Assembly: GCA_964057225.1 (NCBI GenBank)
Contig: OZ059894.1
Location: 18,724,001-18,788,000, forward strand
Length of the DNA stretch: 64,000 bases
Direction of reading: 5' to 3'
Source of the DNA: Auanema rhodensis
Lineage: Eukaryota; Animalia; Nematoda
Below, piece by piece: positions 39,401-55,141 of the stretch; the first letter of the stretch is position 1, and each line of letters starts with the position of its first letter. Below the pieces are notes generated by a model. That model made no database searches. It was not told the DNA's origin and worked only from the letters and a program-made list of their open reading frames with translations. A program made the translations under genes and the position numbers.

Positions 39401-42400
39401 CTTCAGGGTGAAAATTGAGGATATAAGTGTGAACTTATATCAGTTGATATCTCGGTGCATTTTTAAGCTAGCGCAAATCTGTTAACACAGATCAACGCAG
39501 CTTAAAAATCCGCATCGAATGCACTATACTACATTGAGAAACGCTTAATACAAAAATTAGTTATGATCGTTTGAAAAATGATGCATTAGTGTATGTTGAG
39601 TTTCCATGTACACTCAACATTGCTTCCAAAAACATTTTGACAAAAATTTTTTCGAAAAATTTCAAAATAATTTAGCAAAAAGTAGATGTTTTTAGATTCC
39701 TTTTTTCAAGGCAAAGACGATGGACAATGTTATTCAACGAAAAAAATAATTCTTCAGGGTGAAAATCGAGGATATAAGTGTGAACTTATATCAGTTGATA
39801 TCTCGGTGCATTTTTAAGCTAGCGCAAATCTGATAACACAGATCGACGCAGCTTAAAAATCCGCATCGAATGCACTATACTACATTGAGAAACGCTTAAT
39901 ACAAAAATTAGTTATGATCGTTTGAAAAATGATGCATTAGTGTATGTTGAGTTTCCATGTACACTCAACATTGCTTCCATAAACATTTTGACAAAAATTT
40001 TTTCAAAAAATTTCAAAATAATTTAGCAAAAAGTAGATGTTTTTAGATTCCTTTTTTCAAGGCAAAGACGATGGACAATGTTATTCAACGAAAAAATTAA
40101 TTCTTCAGGGTGAAAATCGAGGATATAAGTGTGAACTTATATCAGTTGATATCTCGGTGCATTTTTAAGCTAGCGCAAATCTGATAACACAGATCGACGC
40201 AGCTTAAAAATCCGCATCGAATGCACTATACTACATTGAGAAACGCTTAATACAAAAATTAGTTATGATCGTTTGAAAAATGATGCATTAGTGTATGTTG
40301 AGTTTCCATGTACACTCAACATTGCTTCCAAAAACATTTTGACAAAAATTTTTTCGAAAAATTTCAAAATAATTTAGCAAAAAGTAGATGTTTTTAGATT
40401 CCTTTTTTCAAGGCAAAGACGATGGACAATGTTATTCAACGAAAAAAATAATTCTTCAGGGTGAAAATCGAGGATATAAGTGTGAACTTATATCAGTTGA
40501 TATCTCGGTGCATTTTTAAGCTAGCGCAAATCTGATAACACAGATCGACGCAGCTTAAAAATCCGCATCGAATGCACTATACTACATTGAGAAACGCTTA
40601 ATACAAAAATTAGTTATGATCGTTTGAAAAATGATGCATTAGTGTATGTTGAGTTTCCATGTACACTCAACATTGCTTCCAAAAACATTTTGACAAAAAT
40701 TTTTTCGAAAAATTTCAAAATAATTTAGCAAAAAGTAGATGTTTTTAGATTCCTTTTTTCAAGGCAAAGACGATGGACAATGTTATTCAACGAAAAAATT
40801 AATTCTTCAGGGTGAAAATCGAGGATATAAGTGTGAACTTATATCAGTTGATATCTCGGTGCATTTTTAAGCTAGCGCAAATCTGATAACACAGATCGAC
40901 GCAGCTTAAAAATCCGCATCGAATGCACTATACTACATTGAGAAACGCTTAATACAAAAATTAGTTATGATCGTTTGAAAAATGATGCATTAGTGTATGT
41001 TGAGTTTCCATGTACACTCAACATTGCTTCCAAAAACATTTTGACAAAAATTTTTTCGAAAAATTTCAAAATAATTTAGCAAAAAGTAGATGTTTTTAGA
41101 TTCCTTTTTTCAAGGCAAAGACGATGGACAATGTTATTCAACGAAAAATTTAATTCTTCAGGGTGAAAATTGAGGATATATGTGTGAACTTATATCAGTT
41201 GATATCTCGGTGCATTTTTAAGCTAGCGCAAATCTGTTAACACAGATCAACGCAGCTTAAAAATCCGCATCGAATGCACTATACTACATTGAGAAACGCT
41301 TAATACAAAAATTAGTTATGATCGTTTGAAAAATGATGCATTAGTGTATGTTGAGTTTCCATGTACACTCAACATTGCTTCCAAAAACATTTTGACAAAA
41401 ATTTTTTCGAAAAATTTCAAAATAATTTAGCAAAAAGTAGATGTTTTTAGATTCCTTTTTTCAAGGCAAAGACGATGGACAATGTTATTCAACGAAAAAA
41501 ATAATTCTTCAGGGTGAAAATCGAGGATATAAGTGTGAACTTATATCAGTTGATATCTCGGTGCATTTTTAAGCTAGCGCAAATCTGATAACACAGATCG
41601 ACGCAGCTTAAAAATCCGCATCGAATGCACTATACTACATTGAGAAACGCTTAATACAAAAATTAGTTATGATCGTTTGAAAAATGATGCATTAGTGTAT
41701 GTTGAGTTTCCATGTACACTCAACATTGCTTCCAAAAACATTTTGACAAAAATTTTTTCAAAAAATTTCAAAATAATTTAGCAAAAAGTAGATGTTTTTA
41801 GATTCCTTTTTTCAAGGCAAAGACGATGGACAATGTTATTCAACGAAAAAATTAATTCTTCAGGGTGAAAATCGAGGATATAAGTGTGAACTTATATCAG
41901 TTGATATCTCGGTGCATTTTTAAGCTAGCGCAAATCTGATAACACAGATCGACGCAGCTTAAAAATCCGCATCGAATGCACTATACTACATTGAGAAACG
42001 CTTAATACAAAAATTAGTTATGATCGTTTGCAAAATGATGCATTAGTGTATGTTGAGTTTCCATGTACACTCAACATTGCTTCCAAAAACATTTTGACAA
42101 AAATTTTTTCGAAAAATTTCAAAATAATTTAGCAAAAAGTAGATGTTTTTAGATTCCTTTTTTCAAGGCAAAGACGATGGACAATGTTATTCAACGAAAA
42201 AAATAAATCTTCAGGGTGAAAATCGAGGATATAAGTGTGAACTTATATCAGTTGATATCTCGGTGCATTTTTAAGCTAGCGCAAATCTGATAACACAGAT
42301 CGACGCAGCTTAAAAATCCGCATCGAATGCACTATACTACATTGAGAAACGCTTAATACAAAAATTAGTTATGATCGTTTGAAAAATGATGCATTAGTGT

Positions 42401-45400
42401 ATGTTGAGTTTCCATGTACACTCAACATTGCTTCCAAAAACATTTTGACAAAAATTTTTTCGAAAAATTTCAAAATAATTTAGCAAAAAGTAGATGTTTT
42501 TAGATTCCTTTTTTCAAGGCAAAGACGATGGACAATGTTATTCAACGAAAAAATTAATTCTTCAGGGTGAAAATCGAGGATATAAGTGTGAACTTATATC
42601 AGTTGATATCTCGGTGCATTTTTAAGCTAGCGCAAATCTGATAACACAGATCGACGCAGCTTAAAAATCCGCATCGAATGCACTATACTACATTGAGAAA
42701 CGCTTAATACAAAAATTAGTTATGATCGTTTGAAAAATGATGCATTAGTGTATGTGGAGTTTCCATGTACACTCAACATTGCTTCCAAAAACATTTTGAC
42801 AAAAATTTTTTCGAAAAATTTCAAAATAATTTAGCAAAAAGTAGATGTTTTTAGATTCCTTTTTTCAAGGCAAAGACGATGGACAATGTTATTCAACGAA
42901 AAAATTAATTCTTCAGGGTGAAAATCGAGGATATAAGTGTGAACTTATATCAGTTGATATCTCGGTGCATTTTTAAGCTAGCGCAAATCTGATAACACAG
43001 ATCGACGCAGCTTAAAAATCCGCATCGAATGCACTATACTACATTGAGAAACGCTTAATACAAAAATTAGTTATGATCGTTTGAAAAATGATGCATTAGT
43101 GTATGTTGAGTTTCCATGTACACTCAACATTGCTTCCAAAAACATTTTGACAAAAATTTTTTCGAAAAATTTCAAAATAATTTAGCAAAAAGTAGATGTT
43201 TTCAGTTTTCTTTTTTCAAGGCAAAGACGATGGACAATGTTATTCAACGAAAAAAATAATTCTTCAGGGTGAAAATCGAGGATATAAGTGTGAACTTATA
43301 TCAGTTGATATCTCGGTGCATTTTTAAGCTAGCGCAAATCTGATAACACAGATCGACGCAGCTTAAAAATCCGCATCGAATGCACTATACTACATTGAGA
43401 AACGCTTAATACAAAAATTAGTTATGATCGTTTGAAAAATGATGCATTAGTGTATGTTGAGTTTCCATGTACACTCAACATTGCTTCCAAAAACATTTTG
43501 ACAAAAATTTTTTCGAAAAATTTCAAAATAATTTAGCAAAAAGTAGATGTTTTTAGATTCCTTTTTTCAAGGCAAAGACGATGGACAATGTTATTCAACG
43601 AAAAAATTAATTCTTCAGGGTGAAAATCGAGGATATAAGTGTGAACTTATATCAGTTGATATCTCGGTGCATTTTTAAGCTAGCGCAAATCTGATAACAC
43701 AGATCGACGCAGCTTAAAAATCCGCATCGAATGCACTATACTACATTGAGAAACGCTTAATACAAAAATTAGTTATGATCGTTTGAAAAATGATGCATTA
43801 GTGTATGTTGAGTTTCCATGTACACTCAACATTGCTTCCAAAAACATTTTGACAAAAATTTTTTCGAAAAATTTCAAAATAATTTAGCAAAAAGTAGATG
43901 TTTTTAGATTCCTTTTTTCAAGGCAAAGACGATGGACAATGTTATTCAACGAAAAATTTAATTCTTCAGGGTGAAAATTGAGGATATATGTGTGAACTTA
44001 TATCAGTTGATATCTCGGTGCATTTTTAAGCTAGCGCAAATCTGTTAACACAGATCAACGCAGCTTAAAAATCCGCATCGAATGCACTATACTACATTGA
44101 GAAACGCTTAATACAAAAATTAGTTATGATCGTTTGAAAAATGATGCATTAGTGTATGTTGAGTTTCCATGTACACTCAACATTGCTTCCAAAAACATTT
44201 TGACAAAAATTTTTTCGAAAAATTTCAAAATAATTTAGCAAAAAGTAGATGTTTTTAGATTCCTTTTTTCAAGGCAAAGACGATGGACAATGTTATTCAA
44301 CGAAAAAAATAATTCTTCAGGGTGAAAATCGAGGATATAAGTGTGAACTTATATCAGTTGATATCTCGGTGCATTTTTAAGCTAGCGCAAATCTGATAAC
44401 ACAGATCGACGCAGCTTAAAAATCCGCATCGAATGCACTATACTACATTGAGAAACGCTTAATACAAAAATTAGTTATGATCGTTTGAAAAATGATGCAT
44501 TAGTGTATGTTGAGTTTCCATGTACACTCAACATTGCTTCCAAAAACATTTTGACAAAAATTTTTTCAAAAAATTTCAAAATAATTTAGCAAAAAGTAGA
44601 TGTTTTTAGATTCCTTTTTTCAAGGCAAAGACGATGGACAATGTTATTCAACGAAAAAATTAATTCTTCAGGGTGAAAATCGAGGATATAAGTGTGAACT
44701 TATATCAGTTGATATCTCGGTGCATTTTTAAGCTAGCGCAAATCTGATAACACAGATCGACGCAGCTTAAAAATCCGCATCGAATGCACTATACTACATT
44801 GAGAAACGCTTAATACAAAAATTAGTTATGATCGTTTGAAAAATGATGCATTAGTGTATGTTGAGTTTCCATGTACACTCAACATTGCTTCCAAAAACAT
44901 TTTGACAAAAATTTTTTCGAAAAATTTCAAAATAATTTAGCAAAAAGTAGATGTTTTCAGTTTTCTTTTTTCAAGGCAAAGACGATGGACAATGTTATTC
45001 AACGAAAAAAATAATTCTTCAGGGTGAAAATCGAGGATATAAGTGTGAACTTATATCAGTTGATATCTCGGTGCATTTTTAAGCTAGCGCAAATCTGATA
45101 ACACAGATCGACGCAGCTTAAAAATCCGCATCGAATGCACTATACTACATTGAGAAACGCTTAATACAAAAATTAGTTATGATCGTTTGAAAAATGATGC
45201 ATTAGTGTATGTTGAGTTTCCATGTACACTCAACATTGCTTCCAAAAACATTTTGACAAAAATTTTTTCGAAAAATTTCAAAATAATTTAGCAAAAAGTA
45301 GATGTTTTTAGATTCCTTTTTTCAAGGCAAAGACGATGGACAATGTTATTCAACGAAAAAATTAATTCTTCAGGGTGAAAATCGAGGATATAAGTGTGAA

Positions 45401-48400
45401 CTTATATCAGTTGATATCTCGGTGCATTTTTAAGCTAGCGCAAATCTGATAACACAGATCGACGCAGCTTAAAAATCCGCATCGAATGCACTATACTACA
45501 TTGAGAAACGCTTAATACAAAAATTAGTTATGATCGTTTGAAAAATGATGCATTAGTGTATGTTGAGTTTCCATGTACACTCAACATTGCTTCCAAAAAC
45601 ATTTTGACAAAAATTTTTTCGAAAAATTTCAAAATAATTTAGCAAAAAGTAGATGTTTTTAGATTCCTTTTTTCAAGGCAAAGACGATGGACAATGTTAT
45701 TCAACGAAAAATTTAATTCTTCAGGGTGAAAATTGAGGATATATGTGTGAACTTATATCAGTTGATATCTCGGTGCATTTTTAAGCTAGCGCAAATCTGT
45801 TAACACAGATCAACGCAGCTTAAAAATCCGCATCGAATGCACTATACTACATTGAGAAACGCTTAATACAAAAATTAGTTATGATCGTTTGAAAAATGAT
45901 GCATTAGTGTATGTTGAGTTTCCATGTACACTCAACATTGCTTCCAAAAACATTTTGACAAAAATTTTTTCGAAAAATTTCAAAATAATTTAGCAAAAAG
46001 TAGATGTTTTTAGATTCCTTTTTTCAAGGCAAAGACGATGGACAATGTTATTCAACGAAAAAAATAATTCTTCAGGGTGAAAATCGAGGATATAAGTGTG
46101 AACTTATATCAGTTGATATCTCGGTGCATTTTTAAGCTAGCGCAAATCTGATAACACAGATCGACGCAGCTTAAAAATCCGCATCGAATGCACTATACTA
46201 CATTGAGAAACGCTTAATACAAAAATTAGTTATGATCGTTTGAAAAATGATGCATTAGTGTATGTTGAGTTTCCATGTACACTCAACATTGCTTCCAAAA
46301 ACATTTTGACAAAAATTTTTTCAAAAAATTTCAAAATAATTTAGCAAAAAGTAGATGTTTTTAGATTCCTTTTTTCAAGGCAAAGACGATGGACAATGTT
46401 ATTCAACGAAAAAATTAATTCTTCAGGGTGAAAATCGAGGATATAAGTGTGAACTTATATCAGTTGATATCTCGGTGCATTTTTAAGCTAGCGCAAATCT
46501 GATAACACAGATCGACGCAGCTTAAAAATCCGCATCGAATGCACTATACTACATTGAGAAACGCTTAATACAAAAATTAGTTATGATCGTTTGAAAAATG
46601 ATGCATTAGTGTATGTTGAGTTTCCATGTACACTCAACATTGCTTCCAAAAACATTTTGACAAAAATTTTTTCGAAAAATTTCAAAATAATTTAGCAAAA
46701 AGTAGATGTTTTTAGATTCCTTTTTTCAAGGCAAAGACGATGGACAATGTTATTCAACGAAAAAAATAAATCTTCAGGGTGAAAATCGAGGATATAAGTG
46801 TGAACTTATATCAGTTGATATCTCGGTGCATTTTTAAGCTAGCGCAAATCTGATAACACAGATCGACGCAGCTTAAAAATCCGCATCGAATGCACTATAC
46901 TACATTGAGAAACGCTTAATACAAAAATTAGTTATGATCGTTTGAAAAATGATGCATTAGTGTATGTTGAGTTTCCATGTACACTCAACATTGCTTCCAA
47001 AAACATTTTGACAAAAATTTTTTCGAAAAATTTCAAAATAATTTAGCAAAAAGTAGATGTTTTTAGATTCCTTTTTTTCAAGGCAAAGACGATGGACAAT
47101 GTTATTCAACGAAAAAAATAATTCTTCAGGGTGAAAATCGAGGATATAAGTGTGAACTTATATCAGTTGATATCTCGGTGCATTTTTAAGCTAGCGCAAA
47201 TCTGATAACACAGATCGACGCAGCTTAAAAATCCGCATCGAATGCACTATACTACATTGAGAAACGCTTAATACAAAAATTAGTTATGATCGTTTGAAAA
47301 ATGATGCATTAGTGTATGTTGAGTTTCCATGTACACTCAACATTGCTTCCAAAAACATTTTGACAAAAATTTTTTCAAAAAATTTCAAAATAATTTAGCA
47401 AAAAGTAGATGTTTTTAGATTCCTTTTTTCAAGGCAAAGACGATGGACAATGTTATTCAACGAAAAAATTAATTCTTCAGGGTGAAAATCGAGGATATAA
47501 GTGTGAACTTATATCAGTTGATATCTCGGTGCATTTTTAAGCTAGCGCAAATCTGATAACACAGATCGACGCAGCTTAAAAATCCGCATCGAATGCACTA
47601 TACTACATTGAGAAACGCTTAATACAAAAATTAGTTATGATCGTTTGAAAAATGATGCATTAGTGTATGTTGAGTTTCCATGTACACTCAACATTGCTTC
47701 CAAAAACATTTTGACAAAAATTTTTTCGAAAAATTTCAAAATAATTTAGCAAAAAGTAGATGTTTTTAGATTCCTTTTTTTCAAGGCAAAGACGATGGAC
47801 AATGTTATTCAACGAAAAAAATAATTCTTCAGGGTGAAAATCGAGGATATAAGTGTGAACTTATATCAGTTGATATCTCGGTGCATTTTTAAGCTAGCGC
47901 AAATCTGATAACACAGATCGACGCAGCTTAAAAATCCGCATCGAATGCACTATACTACATTGAGAAACGCTTAATACAAAAATTAGTTATGATCGTTTGA
48001 AAAATGATGCATTAGTGTATGTTGAGTTTCCATGTACACTCAACATTGCTTCCAAAAACATTTTGACAAAAATTTTTTCGAAAAATTTCAAAATAATTTA
48101 GCAAAAAGTAGATGTTTTTAGATTCCTTTTTTCAAGGCAAAGACGATGGACAATGTTATTCAACGAAAAAAATAATTCTTCAGGGTGAAAATCGAGGATA
48201 TAAGTGTGAACTTATATCAGTTGATATCTCGGTGCATTTTTAAGCTAGCGCAAATCTGATAACACAGATCGACGCAGCTTAAAAATCCGCATCGAATGCA
48301 CTATACTACATTGAGAAACGCTTAATACAAAAATTAGTTATGATCGTTTGAAAAATGATGCATTAGTGTATGTTGAGTTTCCATGTACACTCAACATTGC

Positions 48401-49440
48401 TTCCAAAAACATTTTGACAAAAATTTTTTCGAAAAATTTCAAAATAATTTAGCAAAAAGTAGATGTTTTTAGATTCCTTTTTTCAAGGCAAAGACGATGG
48501 ACAATGTTATTCAACGAAAAAAATAATTCTTCAGGGTGAAAATCGAGGATATAAGTGTGAACTTATATCAGTTGATATCTCGGTGCATTTTTAAGCTAGC
48601 GCAAATCTGATAACACAGATCGACGCAGCTTAAAAATCCGCATCGAATGCACTATACTACATTGAGAAACGCTTAATACAAAAATTAGTTATGATCGTTT
48701 GAAAAATGATGCATTAGTGTATGTTGAGTTTCCATGTACACTCAACATTGCTTCCAAAAACATTTTGACAAAAATTTTTTCGAAAAATTTCAAAATAATT
48801 TAGCAAAAAGTAGATGTTTTTAGATTCCTTTTTTCAAGGCAAAGACGATGGACAATGTTATTCAACGAAAAAATTAATTCTTCAGGGTGAAAATCGAGGA
48901 TATAAGTGTGAACTTATATCAGTTGATATCTCGGTGCATTTTTAAGCTAGCGCAAATCTGATAACACAGATCGACGCAGCTTAAAAATCCGCATCGAATG
49001 CACTATACTACATTGAGAAACGCTTAATACAAAAATTAGTTATGATCGTTTGAAAAATGATGCATTAGTGTATGTTGAGTTTCCATGTACACTCAACATT
49101 GCTTCCAAAAACATTTTGACAAAAATTTTTTCGAAAAATTTCAAAATAATTTAGCAAAAAGTAGATGTTTTTAGATTCCTTTTTTCAAGGCAAAGACGAT
49201 GGACAATGTTATTCAACGAAAAAATTAATTCTTCAGGGTGAAAATCGAGGATATAAGTGTGAACTTATATCAGTTGATATCTCGGTGCATTTTTAAGCTA
49301 GCGCAAATCTGATAACACAGATCGACGCAGCTTAAAAATCCGCATCGAATGCACTATACTACATTGAGAAACGCTTAATACAAAAATTAGTTATGATCGT
49401 TTGAAAAATGATGCATTAGTGTATGTTGAGTTTCCATGTA

Positions 49441-50704
49441 GGCTCTAGTGCAGTTTTTCCCCCCCCCCCGCCTAAGCCCCGCCCCTTTTGCCAAACGGTG
49501 CATACTTTTTGTCAACCTGTATAATTTTAAACCGGCGGGAGACATACCTTTCAGAACGGGGGGTTTGGGGGGTTTACCCCCCATTCTCGGTGTTTAGTTT
49601 TGATTTACTTTTGATTAAATTTAATTATAATATTTTTATTATTCACGGTTATTAATATCATTCATAAAATCATTAATATCACATAACATATTTTCAAAAA
49701 GGTCTGAATTTATGTGTCTACGGCGCCACATAAATTCACAGAAATAACCATCTAACATGTGAGTCTGTACCCCCCATAAACGCTTAAATTTGGCTTTCGC
49801 AATGTTCCAAACTCCCTCTATAGTATTAGTATGAGCTGCGGTTTCGGGGTCAACAAAATTATATGTATGGTTAACCGTCAGATGGGTGTATTGCTTGTTT
49901 AAAGATTCTAACCCCCCATAAGCGCGCCAGCAGTCTGATATTATAGTACTTCCAGGATTTATTGAGAACTCAATACATTCCTGGAGAGTAGCTCTACTTC
50001 TATCAGGCACTGCATACAAAAAACATTCCTTTGTCTCACGACATATCCCCCCAAACACCCATTGCTCTGGCTTAACCCTACCAACATTATATTTACGCTT
50101 AGATACAAGGGTCTCATCTATCTCTACAGTCATATTAGGGCCCCCTATTTTAACTGGATTTTTTAAAAGGGAGTGGGCACAGACCTCACGTAAAAAATTA
50201 TTATAGTCTACTACAGTATGATTGGATCCTATTCCCAGCTCATCTTTGCAAAATTGAACTGTAGTATACTCCTTTGTCCAACAGTAGATGAAGAGTATGA
50301 AGTTAGCATACGATAAGTGAGAACCTATTTAATTTTAATTATTTACATCTTAAATGTGAAGCTATACCTTCTAAAAATGTTCTTTTTTTTAATTGCTGTT
50401 CTTTCCTACAGCTTTTTTTGGGGCATCTCCACCGTTCACGCTCTATTGAGAGCTTCATTTCAGATTGGCAGAGGCTACAGATCATAGCATCTGGTAACAA
50501 CCCCTTTTCTTGCAAAAATCGAATTGCATTTTCTTTAGTTGCAACTTTATCTCTTAGAGCGAACATGCTGTCAGATTGACTTCGAGATATCGATTGTTTT
50601 TTATTTGATATTTATTATAATTTTTTTAATTTTTAAGCAACTGTGTGCTTTTCGGCAAAAGGGGCGGGGCTTAGGGCCGGGGGGGGAAAAACTGCACTTG
50701 AACC
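49441..50704 (-). mobile_element. Merlin copy 4 (complete, 1264 bp)
   Basis: TIRs and TCCATGTA TSD on both sides. Confidence 0.96.
49639..50566 (-). CDS. Merlin transposase, 294 aa (intron 50325-50367)
   Basis: As copy 1, with a private L-to-F change (DGYFCEF). Confidence 0.92.
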
Positions 50705-53700
50705 TCCATGTACACTCAACATTGCTTCCAAAAACATTTTGACAAAAATTTTTTCGAAAAATTTCAAAATAATTTAGCAAAAAGTAGATGTTTTTAGATT
50801 CCTTTTTTCAAGGCAAAGACGATGGACAATGTTATTCAACGAAAAAATTAATTCTTCAGGGTGAAAATCGAGGATATAAGTGTGAACTTATATCAGTTGA
50901 TATCTCGGTGCATTTTTAAGCTAGCGCAAATCTGATAACACAGATCGACGCAGCTTAAAAATCCGCATCGAATGCACTATACTACATTGAGAAACGCTTA
51001 ATACAAAAATTAGTTATGATCGTTTGAAAAATGATGCATTAGTGTATGTTGAGTTTCCATGTACACTCAACATTGCTTCCAAAAACATTTTGACAAAAAT
51101 TTTTTCGAAAAATTTCAAAATAATTTAGCAAAAAGTAGATGTTTTTAGATTCCTTTTTTCAAGGCAAAGACGATGGACAATGTTATTCAACGAAAAAATT
51201 AATTCTTCAGGGTGAAAATCGAGGATATAAGTGTGAACTTATATCAGTTGATATCTCGGTGCATTTTTAAGCTAGCGCAAATCTGATAACACAGATCGAC
51301 GCAACTTAAAAATCCGCATCGAATGCACTATACTACATTGAGAAACGCTTAATACAAAAATTAGTTATGATCGTTTGAAAAATGATGCATTAGTGTATGT
51401 TGAGTTTCCATGTACACTCAACATTGCTTCCAAAAACATTTTGACAAAAATTTTTTCGAAAAATTTCAAAATAATTTAGCAAAAAGTAGATGTTTTTAGA
51501 TTCCTTTTTTCAAGGCAAAGACGATGGACAATGTTATTCAACGAAAAAAATAATTCTTCAGGGTGAAAATCGAGGATATAAGTGTGAACTTATATCAGTT
51601 GATATCTCGGTGCATTTTTAAGCTAGCGCAAATCTGATAACACAGATCGACGCAGCTTAAAAATCCGCATCGAATGCACTATACTACATTGAGAAACGCT
51701 TAATACAAAAATTAGTTATGATCGTTTGAAAAATGATGCATTAGTGTATGTTGAGTTTCCATGTACACTCAACATTGCTTCCAAAAACATTTTGACAAAA
51801 ATTTTTTCGAAAAATTTCAAAATAATTTAGCAAAAAGTAGATGTTTTTAGATTCCTTTTTTCAAGGCAAAGACGATGGACAATGTTATTCAACGAAAAAA
51901 TTAATTCTTCAGGGTGAAAATCGAGGATATAAGTGTGAACTTATATCAGTTGATATCTCGGTGCATTTTTAAGCTAGCGCAAATCTGATAACACAGATCG
52001 ACGCAGCTTAAAAATCCGCATCGAATGCACTATACTACATTGAGAAACGCTTAATACAAAAATTAGTTATGATCGTTTGAAAAATGATGCATTAGTGTAT
52101 GTTGAGTTTCCATGTACACTCAACATTGCTTCCAAAAACATTTTGACAAAAATTTTTTCGAAAAATTTCAAAATAATTTAGCAAAAAGTAGATGTTTTTA
52201 GATTCCTTTTTTCAAGGCAAAGACGATGGACAATGTTATTCAACGAAAAAAATAAATCTTCAGGGTGAAAATCGAGGATATAAGTGTGAACTTATATCAG
52301 TTGATATCTCGGTGCATTTTTAAGCTAGCGCAAATCTGATAACACAGATCGACGCAGCTTAAAAATCCGCATCGAATGCACTATACTACATTGAGAAACG
52401 CTTAATACAAAAATTAGTTATGATCGTTTGAAAAATGATGCATTAGTGTATGTTGAGTTTCCATGTACACTCAACATTGCTTCCAAAAACATTTTGACAA
52501 AAATTTTTTCGAAAAATTTCAAAATAATTTAGCAAAAAGTAGATGTTTTTAGATTCCTTTTTTTCAAGGCAAAGACGATGGACAATGTTATTCAACGAAA
52601 AAAATAATTCTTCAGGGTGAAAATCGAGGATATAAGTGTGAACTTATATCAGTTGATATCTCGGTGCATTTTTAAGCTAGCGCAAATCTGATAACACAGA
52701 TCGACGCAGCTTAAAAATCCGCATCGAATGCACTATACTACATTGAGAAACGCTTAATACAAAAATTAGTTATGATCGTTTGAAAAATGATGCATTAGTG
52801 TATGTTGAGTTTCCATGTACACTCAACATTGCTTCCAAAAACATTTTGACAAAAATTTTTTCGAAAAATTTCAAAATAATTTAGCAAAAAGTAGATGTTT
52901 TTAGATTCCTTTTTTCAAGGCAAAGACGATGGACAATGTTATTCAACGAAAAAAATAATTCTTCAGGGTGAAAATCGAGGATATAAGTGTGAACTTATAT
53001 CAGTTGATATCTCGGTGCATTTTTAAGCTAGCGCAAATCTGATAACACAGATCGACGCAGCTTAAAAATCCGCATCGAATGCACTATACTACATTGAGAA
53101 ACGCTTAATACAAAAATTAGTTATGATCGTTTGAAAAATGATGCATTAGTGTATGTTGAGTTTCCATGTACACTCAACATTGCTTCCAAAAACATTTTGA
53201 CAAAAATTTTTTCGAAAAATTTCAAAATAATTTAGCAAAAAGTAGATGTTTTTAGATTCCTTTTTTCAAGGCAAAGACGATGGACAATGTTATTCAACGA
53301 AAAAATTAATTCTTCAGGGTGAAAATCGAGGATATAAGTGTGAACTTATATCAGTTGATATCTCGGTGCATTTTTAAGCTAGCGCAAATCTGATAACACA
53401 GATCGACGCAGCTTAAAAATCCGCATCGAATGCACTATACTACATTGAGAAACGCTTAATACAAAAATTAGTTATGATCGTTTGAAAAATGATGCATTAG
53501 TGTATGTTGAGTTTCCATGTACACTCAACATTGCTTCCAAAAACATTTTGACAAAAATTTTTTCGAAAAATTTCAAAATAATTTAGCAAAAAGTAGATGT
53601 TTTTAGATTCCTTTTTTCAAGGCAAAGACGATGGACAATGTTATTCAACGAAAAAATTAATTCTTCAGGGTGAAAATCGAGGATATAAGTGTGAACTTAT

Positions 53701-53872
53701 ATCAGTTGATATCTCGGTGCATTTTTAAGCTAGCGCAAATCTGATAACACAGATCGACGCAGCTTAAAAATCCGCATCGAATGCACTATACTACATTGAG
53801 AAACGCTTAATACAAAAATTAGTTATGATCGTTTGAAAAATGATGCATTAGTGTATGTTGAGTTTCCATGTA

Positions 53873-55136
53873 GGCTCTAGTGCAGTTTTTCCCCCCCCCC
53901 CGCCTAAGCCCCGCCCCTTTTGCCAAACGGTGCATACTTTTTGTCAACCTGTATAATTTTAAACCGGCGGGAGACATACCTTTCAGAACGGGGGGTTTGG
54001 GGGGTTTACCCCCCATTCTCGGTGTTTAGTTTTGATTTACTTTTGATTAAATTTAATTATAATATTTTTATTATTCACGGTTATTAATATCATTCATAAA
54101 ATCATTAATATCACATAACATATTTTCAAAAAGGTCTGAATTTATGTGTCTACGGCGCCACATAAATTCACACAAATAACCATCTAACATGTGAGTCTGT
54201 ACCCCCCATAAACGCTTAAATTTGGCTTTCGCAATGTTCCAAACTCCCTCTATAGTATTAGTATGAGCTGCGGTTTCGGGGTCAACAAAATTATATGTAT
54301 GGTTAACCGTCAGATGGGTGTATTGCTTGTTTAAAGATTCTAACCCCCCATAAGCGCGCCAGCAGTCTGATATTATAGTACTTCCAGGATTTATTGAGAA
54401 CTCAATACATTCCTGGAGAGTAGCTCTACTTCTATCAGGCACTGCATACAAAAAACATTCCTTTGTCTCACGACATATCCCCCCAAACACCCATTGCTCT
54501 GGCTTAACCCTACCAACATTATATTTACGCTTAGATACAAGGGTCTCATCTATCTCTACAGTCATATTAGGGCCCCCTATTTTAACTGGATTTTTTAAAA
54601 GGGAGTGGGCACAGACCTCACGTAAAAAATTATTATAGTCTACTACAGTATGATTGGATCCTATTCCCAGCTCATCTTTGCAAAATTGAACTGTAGTATA
54701 CTCCTTTGTCCAACAGTAGATGAAGAGTATGAAGTTAGCATACGATAAGTGAGAACCTATTTAATTTTAATTATTTACATCTTAAATGTGAAGCTATACC
54801 TTCTAAAAATGTTCTTTTTTTTAATTGCTGTTCTTTCCTACAGCTTTTTTTGGGGCATCTCCACCGTTCACGCTCTATTGAGAGCTTCATTTCAGATTGG
54901 CAGAGGCTACAGATCATAGCATCTGGTAACAACCCCTTTTCTTGCAAAAATCGAATTGCATTTTCTTTAGTTGCAACTTTATCTCTTAGAGCGAACATGC
55001 TGTCAGATTGACTTCGAGATATCGATTGTTTTTTATTTGATATTTATTATAATTTTTTTAATTTTTAAGCAACTGTGTGCTTTTCGGCAAAAGGGGCGGG
55101 GCTTAGGGCCGGGGGGGGAAAAACTGCACTTGAACC
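53873..55136 (-). mobile_element. Merlin copy 5 (first unit of tandem dimer)
   Basis: Left TSD TCCATGTA. The right end GAACC is followed by only TCCAT and then the next copy. Confidence 0.96.
54071..54998 (-). CDS. Merlin transposase, 294 aa (intron 54757-54799)
   Basis: Same structure as copy 1. Confidence 0.92.
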
Positions 55137-55141
55137 TCCAT

